Source: Candidatus Limnocylindrales bacterium (lineage in GTDB: Bacteria; Chloroflexota; Limnocylindria; Limnocylindrales; CSP1-4). Taken from it: a DNA stretch of 64,000 bases. The notes under the pieces were generated by a model. That model did not search any database. It saw only the letters and a list, made by a program, of their open reading frames with translations, and had not been told where the DNA came from. Each line of letters opens with the position of its first letter. The first letter of the stretch is position 1. Below are positions 36,636 to 46,751 of the stretch, in pieces. The stretch spans positions 24,494-88,493 of the forward strand of contig DASTOB010000119.1 of NCBI GenBank assembly GCA_035720425.1, read 5' to 3'. Both the position numbers and the translations under genes were made by a program.

Positions 36636-37498
36636 GCACGACGCGCCGGATCCGCGCCTTCGTCGATCGCTGGGCCGTCCCCGCGTTCACGGCCCTCGTA
36701 ATCGGCTACCTGCTCCTGCCGGTCGCGATCATGATCGCCTTCTCGTTCAACGACCCGCCCGGCCGCTTCAACTTCGTGTGGGGCGAGTTCTCGCTCGCCG
36801 CCTGGGGCAACCCGCTCGGCCGACCTCGCCTCGAGGACGCGATCACGACGAGCCTCGGCGTCGCGTTCGTGTCGACCATCGCCGCGACGTCGCTCGGAAC
36901 GCTCATCGCACTCGCCCTGTCGCGGTACCAGTTCCGCGGCCAGGGCGCGACGAACCTGTTCATCTTCGTGCCAATGGCGACTCCGGAGATCGTGCTCGGG
37001 GCGAGCCTGCTCACGCTGTTCGTCGCGACCGCCCAGGAGCCGCTCCGGACGCTGACCGGCGGGGCGCTGTTCCCGCTCGGGTTCCAGACCATCCTCGTCG
37101 CCCACATCATGTTCAACATCAGCTACGTCGTCGTCACCGTCCGCGCCCGCCTCCAGGGCTTTGACCGGCGGCTCGAGGAAGCGGCCATGGACCTCGGGGC
37201 GAACGAGTGGTCGACCTTCTGGCGGGTCACGTTCCCGCTCATCTTCCCGGGCATCATGGCCGCCGCCCTGCTCGCCTTTTCCCTGTCGATCGACGACTTC
37301 ATCATCACGACGTTCACGGCAGGCACGTCGAACACGTTCCCGATCTGGGTCTGGGCGAGCATTCGCAACAACCTGCCGCCGCAGATCCACGTGATCGGGA
37401 CGATCATCTTCGTCGTCGCTGTCGGGCTCGTCGTGATCTCGACGATCGTCGGCAACCGGAACAACCGCGCCGCCGGCGCCGTGCTCGCTCCCCGCTGA
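36632..37498 (+). CDS. potC: Polyamine-type ABC permease
   Basis: EAA loop (LEEAAMDLGANEWSTFWRVTFPL) and a 4-nt overlap with potB. Confidence 0.8.
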   Translation: MSTTRRIRAFVDRWAVPAFTALVIGYLLLPVAIMIAFSFNDPPGRFNFVWGEFSLAAWGNPLGRPRLEDAITTSLGVAFVSTIAATSLGTLIALALSRYQFRGQGATNLFIFVPMATPEIVLGASLLTLFVATAQEPLRTLTGGALFPLGFQTILVAHIMFNISYVVVTVRARLQGFDRRLEEAAMDLGANEWSTFWRVTFPLIFPGIMAAALLAFSLSIDDFIITTFTAGTSNTFPIWVWASIRNNLPPQIHVIGTIIFVVAVGLVVISTIVGNRNNRAAGAVLAPR

Positions 37499-37524
37499 TC
37501 CGGAACCCGGAAAGGACCGTTCCC

Positions 37525-38877
37525 ATGGTCGACACCGCCGAACCCGCCGCTGCCACCGCGTCTGCCGCTGAAGCCGCGTCCGCCGCCGCGCCGCTCCCCG
37601 ACCGGTCCGTCGTGCCGGCCGTGTGGAGCCGGATCACGAACCTCATCGTCGAGCGCGGCGAGGGCTCGTGGCTCGTCACCCGGGACGGCGAGCGGTACCT
37701 CGACTACAGCTCCGGAATCGGGGTCACGAACACCGGGCACGCCCACCCCCGGGTGGCGGCGGCGATCGCGGACCAGGCGAGCCGGCTCATCCACGGCCAG
37801 CAGAACATCGTCTTCCACGAACCCGGGCTCCGGCTGTACGACCGGCTGGCCGGACTGCTGCCGGGCGGCCCGTGGCAGGCGTTCCTGTCGAACTCGGGGG
37901 CGGAGGCGGTCGAGGCGGCGGTCAAGCTCGCCCGGGTCGCCACGGGACGGCCGTCGGTCGTCGCCTTCCGCGGCGGCTTTCACGGCCGGACCGCCCAGGC
38001 GATGGCGCTCACGAGCGCCAAGGACGTTTACCGGGTGGCCTTCGAGCCACTGCCGGGGTCCGTCTATCACACCCCCTTCCCGTACTGCTACCGGGCACCC
38101 GGCGGCGCGCACGACCCGGCCGCCTGCACGTGCTCGTGGGAGGCGGACCTCGAGCTCCTCTTCCACCAGCTCGTCGACCCGGCCCGGGTGGCGGCGGTCA
38201 TCGTCGAGCCGGTCCTCGGCGAGGGCGGCTACGTCGTCCCGCCGCCGACGTTCCTGCCCCGCCTGCGCGAGATCACTCGCCGCCACGGCATCCTCCTCGT
38301 GGCCGACGAGATCCAGACCGGCTACGGCCGGACCGGTCGGGTCTTCGCGATCGAGCACAGCGGGGTCGAGCCGGACATCCTGGTCATGGCCAAGGGCATC
38401 GCGTCGGGACTCCCCCTGTCGGGCATCCTCGCCCGGCGCGAGCTCGTCGAGCGCTGGACGCCGGGCTCGCACGGCGGGACGTACGGCGGCAACGTCGTCG
38501 CCTGCGCCGCCGCGCTGGCCACGCTCGACGTGATCCGCGACGAGGACCTCGTTGCCAACGCTGCGGCGCGCGGGGCGCAGTTCCTGGCCGGGCTGCGCGA
38601 GTTCGCGGCCGGCCACGACGTGATCGGCGACGTCCGCGGCCTCGGGCTCATGCTCGCCCTCGAGTTCGTCCGACCGCGCGAGGGCGACGGCCGCGTGCCG
38701 GACGCCGCGCTCACCAAGCGGGTCATCGCCGAGGCGCTCGAGCGCCGGCTCATCGTCCTGTCCGCCGGCACGTTCGCCAACGTCGTGCGGATCATCCCGC
38801 CGCTCGTGACGACCACGGAAGAGGTCGGCCTCGCCCTCGGCATCCTCGAGGAGAGCCTCGCCGCGGCCGTCGCCTGA
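37525..38877 (+). CDS. Class III pyridoxal-phosphate aminotransferase (GABA/putrescine aminotransferase-like)
   Basis: SGIGVTNTGHAHP, GGFHGRT, DEIQTGYGRTG and the PLP-lysine context (LVMAKGIASG). ATG at 37525 is preceded by gaaagga. Confidence 0.9.
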   Translation: MVDTAEPAAATASAAEAASAAAPLPDRSVVPAVWSRITNLIVERGEGSWLVTRDGERYLDYSSGIGVTNTGHAHPRVAAAIADQASRLIHGQQNIVFHEPGLRLYDRLAGLLPGGPWQAFLSNSGAEAVEAAVKLARVATGRPSVVAFRGGFHGRTAQAMALTSAKDVYRVAFEPLPGSVYHTPFPYCYRAPGGAHDPAACTCSWEADLELLFHQLVDPARVAAVIVEPVLGEGGYVVPPPTFLPRLREITRRHGILLVADEIQTGYGRTGRVFAIEHSGVEPDILVMAKGIASGLPLSGILARRELVERWTPGSHGGTYGGNVVACAAALATLDVIRDEDLVANAAARGAQFLAGLREFAAGHDVIGDVRGLGLMLALEFVRPREGDGRVPDAALTKRVIAEALERRLIVLSAGTFANVVRIIPPLVTTTEEVGLALGILEESLAAAVA

Positions 38878-38880
38878 GTC

Positions 38881-39288
38881 GTGGACAGCCATCGTCTCGA
38901 CGCCTTCGCCGCCGCGCTCGACCGGATCCGCGTGGAGGACCTGTTCAGCCTCGCGGCCCGCCCGGCAGACCCGGACCTGCGCGTCGCCGCCCGCGAGGAG
39001 GCGGCGCGACTGGCGGAACAGGCCGGGCGGAGCGTGGAGCTTGCCGCCACCCACGAGCGGATCGAGCGCTACGTCCTCGCCCTGTTCAATGCCTCGACCC
39101 TCCAGCCGGGCTGGATGGAGGCGAATTGGGGCCGGCCGGGCAGCGCGGCCGACCGCGCGCACCTTGCGGCATCCCTGCGCGACGCGGTCACCGCCCTGTC
39201 CGTCGAGGATCTCGTGCCGTCATGGATCGTCGACGAGCTGCTCGGCCCGTGGGCGACGCTCCTCGAGGACGATACGGTCAGCCGTTGA
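38881..39288 (+). CDS. Hypothetical protein (135 aa)
   Basis: GTG-start ORF 4 nt after the aminotransferase stop, with normal composition. No family recognised. Confidence 0.5.
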   Translation: MDSHRLDAFAAALDRIRVEDLFSLAARPADPDLRVAAREEAARLAEQAGRSVELAATHERIERYVLALFNASTLQPGWMEANWGRPGSAADRAHLAASLRDAVTALSVEDLVPSWIVDELLGPWATLLEDDTVSR

Positions 39289-40492
39289 CGAAGCCGGTCG
39301 TGTCGACGACCTCGAAGTTCGCCCCGACGATCGCGTGGAGGTCGTGCAGCTCATCGTCGTCCCAGCCGGAGCTCGGGGCGCCGGTGATGTACCAAGCGGC
39401 GCCGTTGTCGGCGAGGATCGCCCCGTAGCGCTGGAGCGCGACGAGCACGACCCGCGCCTGGGGGCCGAAGCCGGAGAGGTCGACGTCGCTTCGGAGGCGC
39501 ACCCGCAGGCCCATCGGCGGATACGTCGCGCACGACCCGGAGCCGGCCTCGTGGCGGGCGGGGTACACGTACCCGTCGCACGTCCGCGAGGCGGTGAACC
39601 GGATGGCATGGCGGATCTCGCCGGCGGCCACCTCCTCGTGGCGGACGAGGCCCGGGAAGATCGGCAGGCCGGCAGCGTCGGCGCTCGTCCACGTCTCCGG
39701 GCGGAGGGCATTCGAGCGGAGATCCCACGTCGCCCCAGAGCCCGCCGTCCAGGAACCGCCCGTCGAGGACGCGGCGAACAGCTCGTACAGGCGACACTCG
39801 TTCGTCTCGACCATGAGCAGGTGCCGGTCCGATCCGCCCTCGATGCGCGGGCTCGCGGGGATCGGATACCCGACGTGATCCGACTCATCGTCGTACTCGA
39901 ACGACACCGTCGAGCGCGGCGTCGACGCGCCGACGACGTTGTACGGGATCCCGTAGCCGCCGCCGTTGCTGAAGTCCGGGTGGAGCGGCTTGTCGAGCCC
40001 GATCGCCGCGACCATCGTCGCCGAGTTGGCCGCCACTGGGAGCGTGTCAACGGGCCGGTTCCAGACGTTCGACGCGGGGAAGATCGGGCAGGCCGACAGG
40101 GGCGGAATCGCGGGTGGCGGCGTGACCGGCGCCGCCGTCGGCGTCACTGCGCTTGGTGCCGCTGTGGTCGGCGCCGCCGTGGGCGTCGCCGGTGTCGCGG
40201 AGGTCGCGGACGGTTTGGCGGACGACGGGACGGCTGAAGCCGCGGCGGCCGACGGCGACGGGGCGACCGATGTGGGCGGGACGGCCGACGACGATGGGGC
40301 GGCCGACGACGCGGCGGCCGACGACGATGTCGGCCGTGGCAGGCCCGACGCCGGCGCGCCGGCGGTGGCACCCGGCAGCGCGCGCGCCGTCGCGGGATCG
40401 CGATCCGGGTCGGCCGGACCGGCCACCGCGTCGGACGCGAGCGTCACGAGGACGACGAGCGCCGCGAGATCGACGAGCCGGAGCCTTCTCAC
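39278..40492 (-). CDS. Secreted protein: signal peptide, ~100-aa Ser/Ala/Pro/Thr linker, conserved C-terminal domain of unknown function
   Basis: MRRLRLVDLAALVVLVTLASDAVAG signal. The linker is rich in S/A/P/T. The C-domain runs CPIFPASNVWNRPVD...RHAIRFTASRT...YPARH...GAILADNG. Confidence 0.75.
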   Translation of the reverse strand: MRRLRLVDLAALVVLVTLASDAVAGPADPDRDPATARALPGATAGAPASGLPRPTSSSAAASSAAPSSSAVPPTSVAPSPSAAAASAVPSSAKPSATSATPATPTAAPTTAAPSAVTPTAAPVTPPPAIPPLSACPIFPASNVWNRPVDTLPVAANSATMVAAIGLDKPLHPDFSNGGGYGIPYNVVGASTPRSTVSFEYDDESDHVGYPIPASPRIEGGSDRHLLMVETNECRLYELFAASSTGGSWTAGSGATWDLRSNALRPETWTSADAAGLPIFPGLVRHEEVAAGEIRHAIRFTASRTCDGYVYPARHEAGSGSCATYPPMGLRVRLRSDVDLSGFGPQARVVLVALQRYGAILADNGAAWYITGAPSSGWDDDELHDLHAIVGANFEVVDTTGFVNG

Positions 40493-40581
40493 CCGGCCAA
40501 TCTAGGTTCGGCCCGCCGGCACAACCCCGGCCCGATGGTCCCGGACGGGTCAGCCGATCGCGCCGGTGCGCGAACGCGACG

Positions 40582-41427
40582 TCACACGCTGACGAGGCGT
40601 CGCCGAACCTCCTCGTGCAGGTGACCGTTGGTGGCGAGGAACGTCCCGCTGTCGATCGCCCGGTGCCCGTCGAAGTCGGTCACCCGTCCACCCGCCTCCT
40701 CGATGAGGAGCATCGGCGCGGCGGCGTCCCAGGGCGACAGGCCCACCTCGACCATCGCTTCGGCGGCACCCTCGGCAAGGAGCGCGTACCCCCAGAAGTC
40801 ACCGAACCCTCGCTCGCGCCAGACGTCGCCGAGGAGGGACGGGAAGCCGGGTGCGCGGCCGGATCGCTCGATCTCGTGGCCGGAGCCGTACAGGACCTGC
40901 GCGTCGGGCAGGGCGATGATCTCCGATACGCGAATCCGTCGCGGATCCGGCTCCCAGGGCGATCGCGCCCACGCTCCCCCGCCCCGCCGCGCCCACCAGC
41001 GCTCGCGCAGCGCCGGCGCGGACAGGACGGCGGCCTGCAACTCCCCGTCGCGCTCCACGGCGAGGAGCGTGCCGAACAGCGGGATGCCACGGATGAAGTT
41101 GTGGGTCCCGTCGATCGGGTCGATATACCAGCGGGTGCGTGCCGAGGCGGCCTCGATGCCGTACTCCTCGCCGACGAGTCCGTGATCGGGGAACGCGGCC
41201 AGGATACGGGCCCGGATCTCGCGCTCGATCGCCGTGTCGGCGTCGGTGACGAACGTCCGATCCGGCTTCGTCGAGACGACGAGGTCGCGCCGGAAGTGGC
41301 GCTGCGCGAGCACGTCCGAGGCGTCGCAGGCCTCGTGGGCCACCGCGAGCCAGCGCTCGAGCTCCTCGGCCGGCGCACGGGCGAGCGAGGCCGACCACGC
41401 GGCGCCGAAGCGCGGCACCTCGGTCAC
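40582..41427 (-). CDS. hisN: Inositol-monophosphatase-family phosphatase, HisN (histidinol-phosphatase)-like
   Basis: GEEYG, WYIDPIDGTHNFIRGIP, and LRERWWARRGGGAW (HisN-like RRWWA block). GTG at 41427 overlaps the upstream stop (GTGA); the listed start at 41457 is the alternative. Confidence 0.75.
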   Translation of the reverse strand: MTEVPRFGAAWSASLARAPAEELERWLAVAHEACDASDVLAQRHFRRDLVVSTKPDRTFVTDADTAIEREIRARILAAFPDHGLVGEEYGIEAASARTRWYIDPIDGTHNFIRGIPLFGTLLAVERDGELQAAVLSAPALRERWWARRGGGAWARSPWEPDPRRIRVSEIIALPDAQVLYGSGHEIERSGRAPGFPSLLGDVWRERGFGDFWGYALLAEGAAEAMVEVGLSPWDAAAPMLLIEEAGGRVTDFDGHRAIDSGTFLATNGHLHEEVRRRLVSV

Positions 41428-43883
41428 GATCGGATCCGTTCGCCGGTCGGATCCCACAGCGGCTCGCGGACCACCTCGAAGCCGATCCAGTCTCCGAACA
41501 CCTCGACCTCGCCCCGCGTCCCGAACGCCGCGAGGTCGGGAGGCAGGTACGCGAACGCGATCGATCGCTCGACCGCGAAGCCGTATCCGCCGCTCGTCAC
41601 CCGTCCCACGATCCGATCCGCGATCCTCACCGGCTCGTTGCCGAGCGCAACGGAACGTGGGTCGTCGAGGACGAGGCAGCGCAAGCGCTTGCGCGGCCCG
41701 GCCGCCTTGGCCGCTACGAGCGCGTCACGGCCGATGAACTCCGCCTCCTTGTCGAGCCGGACGGCGAAGCCGAGGCCGGCCTCGAACGGCGTTTCCTCCG
41801 GCGTGATGTCGGACGACCAGACCCGGTAGCCCTTTTCGAGACGGAGCGCGTCGATCGCGCGGTAGCCGCCGGCGACGAGCCCGTGGGGCCGGCCCGCTTC
41901 CCACACGAGGTCCCACAGCGCCGGCCCGTATTCGGTCGGCGGATAGAGCTCCCAGCCCAGCTCGCCAACGTACGTGACGCGCAGCGCGAGAAGCGGCACG
42001 TGCCCGATGGTGATGGCGCGCGCGGTCAGGTACGGGAACGCGGCGTCGGACACGTCGTCCGTCGTGAGCGGGGCGAGCATCTCGCGCGCCCGCGGGCCCC
42101 ACAGCCCGAAGCAGGCCATCGACGAGGTCACGTCGGTCACCGACACGCTGCCGTCGCGCGGCGCGTGGGCGCGGATCCACCCGAGGTCGTGGTTGCCGAA
42201 CGCCGTGCCGGTGACGATGAGGAAGCGGTCGCCGGCGAGCCGCGTGACGGTGAAGTCGCACTCGATCCCGCCGCGCCGATTGAGCATCGAGGTGTACACG
42301 ATCGACCCGACCGGCCGGTCGATCTCGTTCGCGCAGAGCATGTCGAGCAGGCGCAGCGCTCCCGGGCCGGCGACCTCGATCTTGGCGAAGCTCGACTCGT
42401 CGAACAGCCCGGCGGCCCGGCGCGTCGCGAGCGCCTCCGCCCCGATGGCCGGCGACCAGTGCTCGCCGGCCCAGCCGCGCGGGCGGAGCGCCGCGAGCTC
42501 GGCCGCCGTCGTCACGCCGGCGCCGTCGGCGTTCGGATCGAACCAGTTCGGGCGTTCCCAGCCGGACTTCTCGCCGAACGACGCGCCGAGCCCGACGAGC
42601 CGTCCGTACGTCGGCGAGACCCGCAAGGGGCGACCGGCCTGGCGCTCCTCGTTGGGGTAGTGGATGTCGTAGTACGTCTCGTAGACCTCGCGCGTGCGGG
42701 CGAGGGTGAACGCGCGGCTGCGGTACTGGGCACCGAAGCGACGGATGTCCATCTTCCACAGGTCGAGCTCCGGCTCGCCGTCGACGATCCACGACGCGAC
42801 CTGTCGGCCGATCCCGCCCGCGCCGGCGATCCCGTGGGCGCAGAACCCGGCCGCCACGAAGAACCCGCGGACGTCCGACTCGCCGAGGATGAACTCGTTG
42901 TCCGGTGTGAACCCCTCCGGACCGTTGATCATCCGGTTCACCCCCGCGTCGGCGATGGCCGGGACGCGCCGCACGGCGCCGTCCATGATCTCCGCGAAAC
43001 GCGGCCAATCCGGGGCGAGGAGCTTGCCGTTGAAGTCGGCCGGGATGCCGTCGAGCGACCACGGCATCGGATTCCGCTCGTACCCGCCCATGCACAGCCC
43101 GCCCACCTCCTCGCGGAAGTAGCACAGGTTGTCCGGGTCGCGCATCGTCGGCAGGTCCGGCGTGACGCCCTCGATGGGCTCGGTGAACAGGTATTCGTGG
43201 GCCATCGGGATGATCGGCACGGTGACGCCGGCAAGCCGGCCGATCTCCGGCGCGAACATGCCCCCGGCGTTGACGACGACCTCGGCCGCGATGGTCGATC
43301 GCTCGCCGCGCCGGTCCACGTCGACGCCGGTCACCCGGCCGTCGCGCACGCCGATCCCGACGACCCGGGCCTGCGTCCGGATGTCCACGCCGCGCGCGCG
43401 GGCGCCGGCGGCGAGCGCGTGGGCGAGTCCGGACGGATCGAGCCAGCCGTCGGTCGGCAGGAACACCGCCCCGAGGACGCCGTCGGTGGTCATGAGCGGG
43501 AAACGGGCCCGGGCCTCGTCGGCGGTGATCAGCTCGAGCGGCAGCCCGAACGTCTTGGCCCAGCCGGCCTGGCGCCGAAGCTCCTCGAACCGCGCCTTCG
43601 TCGAGGCCAGGCGGAGCGATCCCACCTCGTGCCAGGCGGGGTCGACCCCGGTCTCCTCGCGCAGGCGCCGGTACAGCTCGACGCCGTACATCATCATCCG
43701 GGTGAGCGTGACGGTCGACCGGAGCTGGCCGACGAGCCCGGCCGAGTGGAACGTCGAGCCGGAGGTCAGCTCGGCACGATCGACGAGGACCACGTCCGTC
43801 CAGCCGCGCTCCGCGAGGTGGTAGGCGATCGACGTGCCGCCCACGCCGCCGCCGATGATCACCGCCCGCGCGTGCTCCGCCAT
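41424..43883 (-). CDS. FAD-dependent oxidoreductase fused to a GcvT-type folate-binding aminomethyltransferase domain (dimethylglycine/sarcosine dehydrogenase family), copy 1
   Basis: RAVIIGGGVGGTSIAYHLA...SGSTFHSAGL N-terminus, C-terminal GcvT-like half, 819 aa. Confidence 0.9.
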   Translation of the reverse strand: MAEHARAVIIGGGVGGTSIAYHLAERGWTDVVLVDRAELTSGSTFHSAGLVGQLRSTVTLTRMMMYGVELYRRLREETGVDPAWHEVGSLRLASTKARFEELRRQAGWAKTFGLPLELITADEARARFPLMTTDGVLGAVFLPTDGWLDPSGLAHALAAGARARGVDIRTQARVVGIGVRDGRVTGVDVDRRGERSTIAAEVVVNAGGMFAPEIGRLAGVTVPIIPMAHEYLFTEPIEGVTPDLPTMRDPDNLCYFREEVGGLCMGGYERNPMPWSLDGIPADFNGKLLAPDWPRFAEIMDGAVRRVPAIADAGVNRMINGPEGFTPDNEFILGESDVRGFFVAAGFCAHGIAGAGGIGRQVASWIVDGEPELDLWKMDIRRFGAQYRSRAFTLARTREVYETYYDIHYPNEERQAGRPLRVSPTYGRLVGLGASFGEKSGWERPNWFDPNADGAGVTTAAELAALRPRGWAGEHWSPAIGAEALATRRAAGLFDESSFAKIEVAGPGALRLLDMLCANEIDRPVGSIVYTSMLNRRGGIECDFTVTRLAGDRFLIVTGTAFGNHDLGWIRAHAPRDGSVSVTDVTSSMACFGLWGPRAREMLAPLTTDDVSDAAFPYLTARAITIGHVPLLALRVTYVGELGWELYPPTEYGPALWDLVWEAGRPHGLVAGGYRAIDALRLEKGYRVWSSDITPEETPFEAGLGFAVRLDKEAEFIGRDALVAAKAAGPRKRLRCLVLDDPRSVALGNEPVRIADRIVGRVTSGGYGFAVERSIAFAYLPPDLAAFGTRGEVEVFGDWIGFEVVREPLWDPTGERIRS

Positions 43884-44003
43884 CCAGCTCCTCCGCGTAC
43901 CCCGACGCCCGCAGCGTAGCGACTCACGGGACGCCTCCGCCGGACGTTCCCGCTGGCGTATCGTTTCGGCCCGTCACGCCGTCAGCACGGAGGGCACCCG
44001 CAG

Positions 44004-44909
44004 GTGGGACCGACCATCGACGAGATCGTCGCGTCGATCGAGGCGTGGCGCGGTTGCACGGTGACGGTCGAGCCGCTGGCCGGCGGGTTGACGAACCAGA
44101 ACTGGGCGGTCACCGTCGACGGTCGGCGCCACTTCGTCCGGCTGCCGGGGGCGAACACCGGGCTGCTCGCCGTCGACCGGGCGAACGAGCTGCACAACAC
44201 GCGCGCGGCGGCGACGACCGGGGTGGGTGCGCTTGTCGTCGACGCGCTGCCGGAGCACGGGGTCATCGTCCTCGACTGGATCGACGGGGTGACGATGTCG
44301 AACGAGCGGTTCGCGGCGGACGGGATGCCGGAGCGGGTCGCCGCCTCCCTGCGGCGCCTCCACGCCGGGCCACGGTTCCTCCACGACTTCGACATGTTCC
44401 GGCTCGTCGAGTTCTACCTCCGCGTCGTCGACGAGCGCGGGATCACCGTACCTGCGGGGTACCGCGACGGCATCGCACGGATCCCGGCGATCGAGGCGGC
44501 CCTCGCCGTCCGGCCGCTCGCGCCGGTCCCGAGTCACAACGACCTCCTGGCCGAGAACTACCTCGACGACGGGGCGGCGCTGCGGATCGTCGACTACGAG
44601 TACAGCGGCAACAACGACCCCACGTTCGAGCTCGGCAACACGTGCCAGGAGCTGGGCTGGGACGACGCGCGTATCGAGGCGCTGTGCGCCGCGTACTTCG
44701 GGTCGGCAACCGAGCACCTCGTCGCCCGGATGCGACTCCAGATGATCATGAGCGACGTGGGTTGGACGCTCTGGGCGGCCATCCAGGCGGCGATCTCGAC
44801 GATCGACTTCGACTTCTGGGGTTGGGCGGAGGAGCGCTGGGCCCGCGCCGCGGCGAAGCTCGACTCGCCCGATCTCGCCCGCTGGGTCGCCGCGGTCGGC
44901 GGCTCCTGA
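44004..44909 (+). CDS. Choline/ethanolamine kinase-family phosphotransferase, copy 1
   Basis: LAGGLTNQNW, Brenner motif (SHNDLLAENYL), and choline-kinase motif (IVDYEYSGNNDPTFELGN). GTG start is preceded by GGAGG. Confidence 0.85.
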   Translation: MGPTIDEIVASIEAWRGCTVTVEPLAGGLTNQNWAVTVDGRRHFVRLPGANTGLLAVDRANELHNTRAAATTGVGALVVDALPEHGVIVLDWIDGVTMSNERFAADGMPERVAASLRRLHAGPRFLHDFDMFRLVEFYLRVVDERGITVPAGYRDGIARIPAIEAALAVRPLAPVPSHNDLLAENYLDDGAALRIVDYEYSGNNDPTFELGNTCQELGWDDARIEALCAAYFGSATEHLVARMRLQMIMSDVGWTLWAAIQAAISTIDFDFWGWAEERWARAAAKLDSPDLARWVAAVGGS

Positions 44910-44914
44910 GTGAA

Positions 44915-44948
44915 GAAGGACCCGGCGGCGGGGCCGACCGGGTCCTTC
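44915..44948. terminator. Bidirectional hairpin between convergent kinase and permease genes
   Basis: Perfect 11-bp arms gaaggacccgg / ccgggtccttc with a 12-nt loop. On the minus strand it is followed by ttcttca. Confidence 0.55.
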
Positions 44949-44970
44949 GATCGCACGATGGATCAGGCGA

Positions 44971-46632
44971 TCACTCGGGCGGAATCTCCTTGAACGCGTA
45001 GTCGACGTTGATGCCGCTCGACCGTCGCGCGAACTTCGTCACGAGGTACCAGCCGAGGGCGAAGACGAGGATCCCGGCAACGACCTGATACGCGAGATCG
45101 CTGGTCAGGCCCAGCGCGTCGTTGGTCAGGAACATCCACAGGAAGAACACGCCGGCCACGGTCCCGATCAGGCCGACGATCGTCACGAGCGGGATACCGG
45201 CCACGGTGTACTTCGCGCCGGGCGACGCCTCGTAGAGCGCCTTCGCGCGGAACGGCAGGAGCGCGCCGGCGAGCGCGGTCCCGACGAACACGTAGCCGCA
45301 GGCAAACGTCACGCCGAGGGTGAGCGATCCCCACGACGTCTCCGTCCCGTCGCCCCCGACCAGGACGAAGTTGTTGTAGAGGTAGATGACCGGCAGGCTC
45401 GCCACGAAGTAGATGACGTGCGCGTTGACCGGCGTGTGGAGCCGATCGGACACGCGGCTCACGAGCTCCGGCAGGACCCGGTCGAGCGACATGGCGACCA
45501 TCACCCGGGTCATGCCGATGTAGCAGTTGTGGACGATCTGGTGGCCGTTGAGGATGAACCCGGCGGCGATGAGCAGGGTCACGATCGGGTTGTTGGCGAT
45601 CGCCGTGGCGAGGATGTTCGGCCACAGGTACGAACCGGCCAGCGTCGCCTCGCCGACACCGCTCCAGTACCCGGACCCGGCGACGTACAGGAACTCGCTG
45701 CCGACGGCCCGTTCCAGGACGAAGGCGAGCACCGCGAGGAGCACGCCGGTCACGATGAGCGCGCCGACGATGATGAACGCCTGGCTCCGGAAGTTGCCGG
45801 CCGACTTGATCTCGCCGTTCTGCTGGGACGAATACGTCGCCCATTGGAGCGACGTCCAGGCGATCGGCGCGATGAGCAGGGTCGCGAGCAGGCTGAACGG
45901 CGGGTTGAGATCGACCTCTGCCGCCTGGGCCGCGGCAACCGCGTCGGCGGTGAACGTCGACGAGCCGCCGATCGCGGCCGAGAACGCATCGAGGCGGCCG
46001 GCCACGTCCGCGGCCGCCGTCGTGGCGAGGACGACGAGCATCGTCGCGAACGCGACGAGGATCGCGATCCACATGACCCGCTGGAGGCGAACGTAGTTCT
46101 GGAAGCCGCTGACGAGGATGACGAGCGCGAGCCCGGCGTTGGCGACGCTCGTGATGACGATCCCCTCGGCGGTCGTGAACCAGGTCGACACGTCGACGAG
46201 GCTCGCGTTCCCGGTCGTCGCCGCGAGCCCCAGGAAGAGTGGCGCGAAGCCGAGCGTGGCGAGGAGCCAGCCGGACAGGGCCACCCACTGGAGGATCCAG
46301 ATGACGAAGCCGGAGAAGACGAGGGTGAACCCGATGCCGCCTCCGAGCACGCGGCTCTGGAACACGTAGTCACCGCCGGAGCGCGGGAGCGCCGTCGACA
46401 GCCAGACGTAGGCAAGGGCGATGGGAATCTCGAGGACCATCGCGAGGAGGATCCCCCACACGAGCTGGCCGCCCGGCAGGGCACCCGGGGCCCACAGGTA
46501 GGTCCACGGGAAGATGAGCCCCATCGTCAGGATGTTGTAGACGAACGCGGACGACGGGGACATGACGCGCACGAGACCGGACGACTTCCGGACGAAGACC
46601 TCCGGTGTCGCCGCCACGGTGGCAGTCGCCAT
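44971..46632 (-). CDS. APC-superfamily amino acid/amine permease
   Basis: About 12 TM segments and LPRSGGDYVFQSR. ATG at 46632 is preceded by GAGGTGA. The remaining 340 aa of the listed 898-aa ORF are shadow sequence. Confidence 0.85.
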   Translation of the reverse strand: MATATVAATPEVFVRKSSGLVRVMSPSSAFVYNILTMGLIFPWTYLWAPGALPGGQLVWGILLAMVLEIPIALAYVWLSTALPRSGGDYVFQSRVLGGGIGFTLVFSGFVIWILQWVALSGWLLATLGFAPLFLGLAATTGNASLVDVSTWFTTAEGIVITSVANAGLALVILVSGFQNYVRLQRVMWIAILVAFATMLVVLATTAAADVAGRLDAFSAAIGGSSTFTADAVAAAQAAEVDLNPPFSLLATLLIAPIAWTSLQWATYSSQQNGEIKSAGNFRSQAFIIVGALIVTGVLLAVLAFVLERAVGSEFLYVAGSGYWSGVGEATLAGSYLWPNILATAIANNPIVTLLIAAGFILNGHQIVHNCYIGMTRVMVAMSLDRVLPELVSRVSDRLHTPVNAHVIYFVASLPVIYLYNNFVLVGGDGTETSWGSLTLGVTFACGYVFVGTALAGALLPFRAKALYEASPGAKYTVAGIPLVTIVGLIGTVAGVFFLWMFLTNDALGLTSDLAYQVVAGILVFALGWYLVTKFARRSSGINVDYAFKEIPPE

Positions 46633-46751
46633 CCGAATCACCTCAAGTCTGCGAGTTTGGACATCACGCAGCGGAATCCGTTTCCCTCGGCGGCCGGGTG
46701 CCGGCCGCTCTCCCTCCAACCGTCGCTCGATCGCACCTCCCTCGCCGGCGG

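Noticed and set aside
40582-41427. Counting the IMPase-family phosphatase as a dedicated member of the kinase/dehydrogenase catabolic locus.
   Set aside because: Its WYIDPIDGTHNF and ERWWA blocks look like HisN-type histidinol-phosphatase, a housekeeping enzyme. The GTGA overlap with the upstream gene may only reflect genome compaction. It is mentioned in the finding but not relied on.
46633-46725. A possible glycine riboswitch upstream of the APC permease. The minus strand has GGAGGGAGAG, a CGGCCGG-CAC-CCGGCCG hairpin, CCGAGGGAAAC and a CUGCG...CGCAG hairpin. These loosely resemble the aptamer layout, and the context (GcvT-domain enzymes) is attractive.
   Set aside because: The highly conserved cores ACCGAAGGGGCAA and CUCAGGCAAAAGGAC are not present, and I could not build a P1 helix. 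It may still be a structured leader. A cmsearch with RF00504 would settle it.
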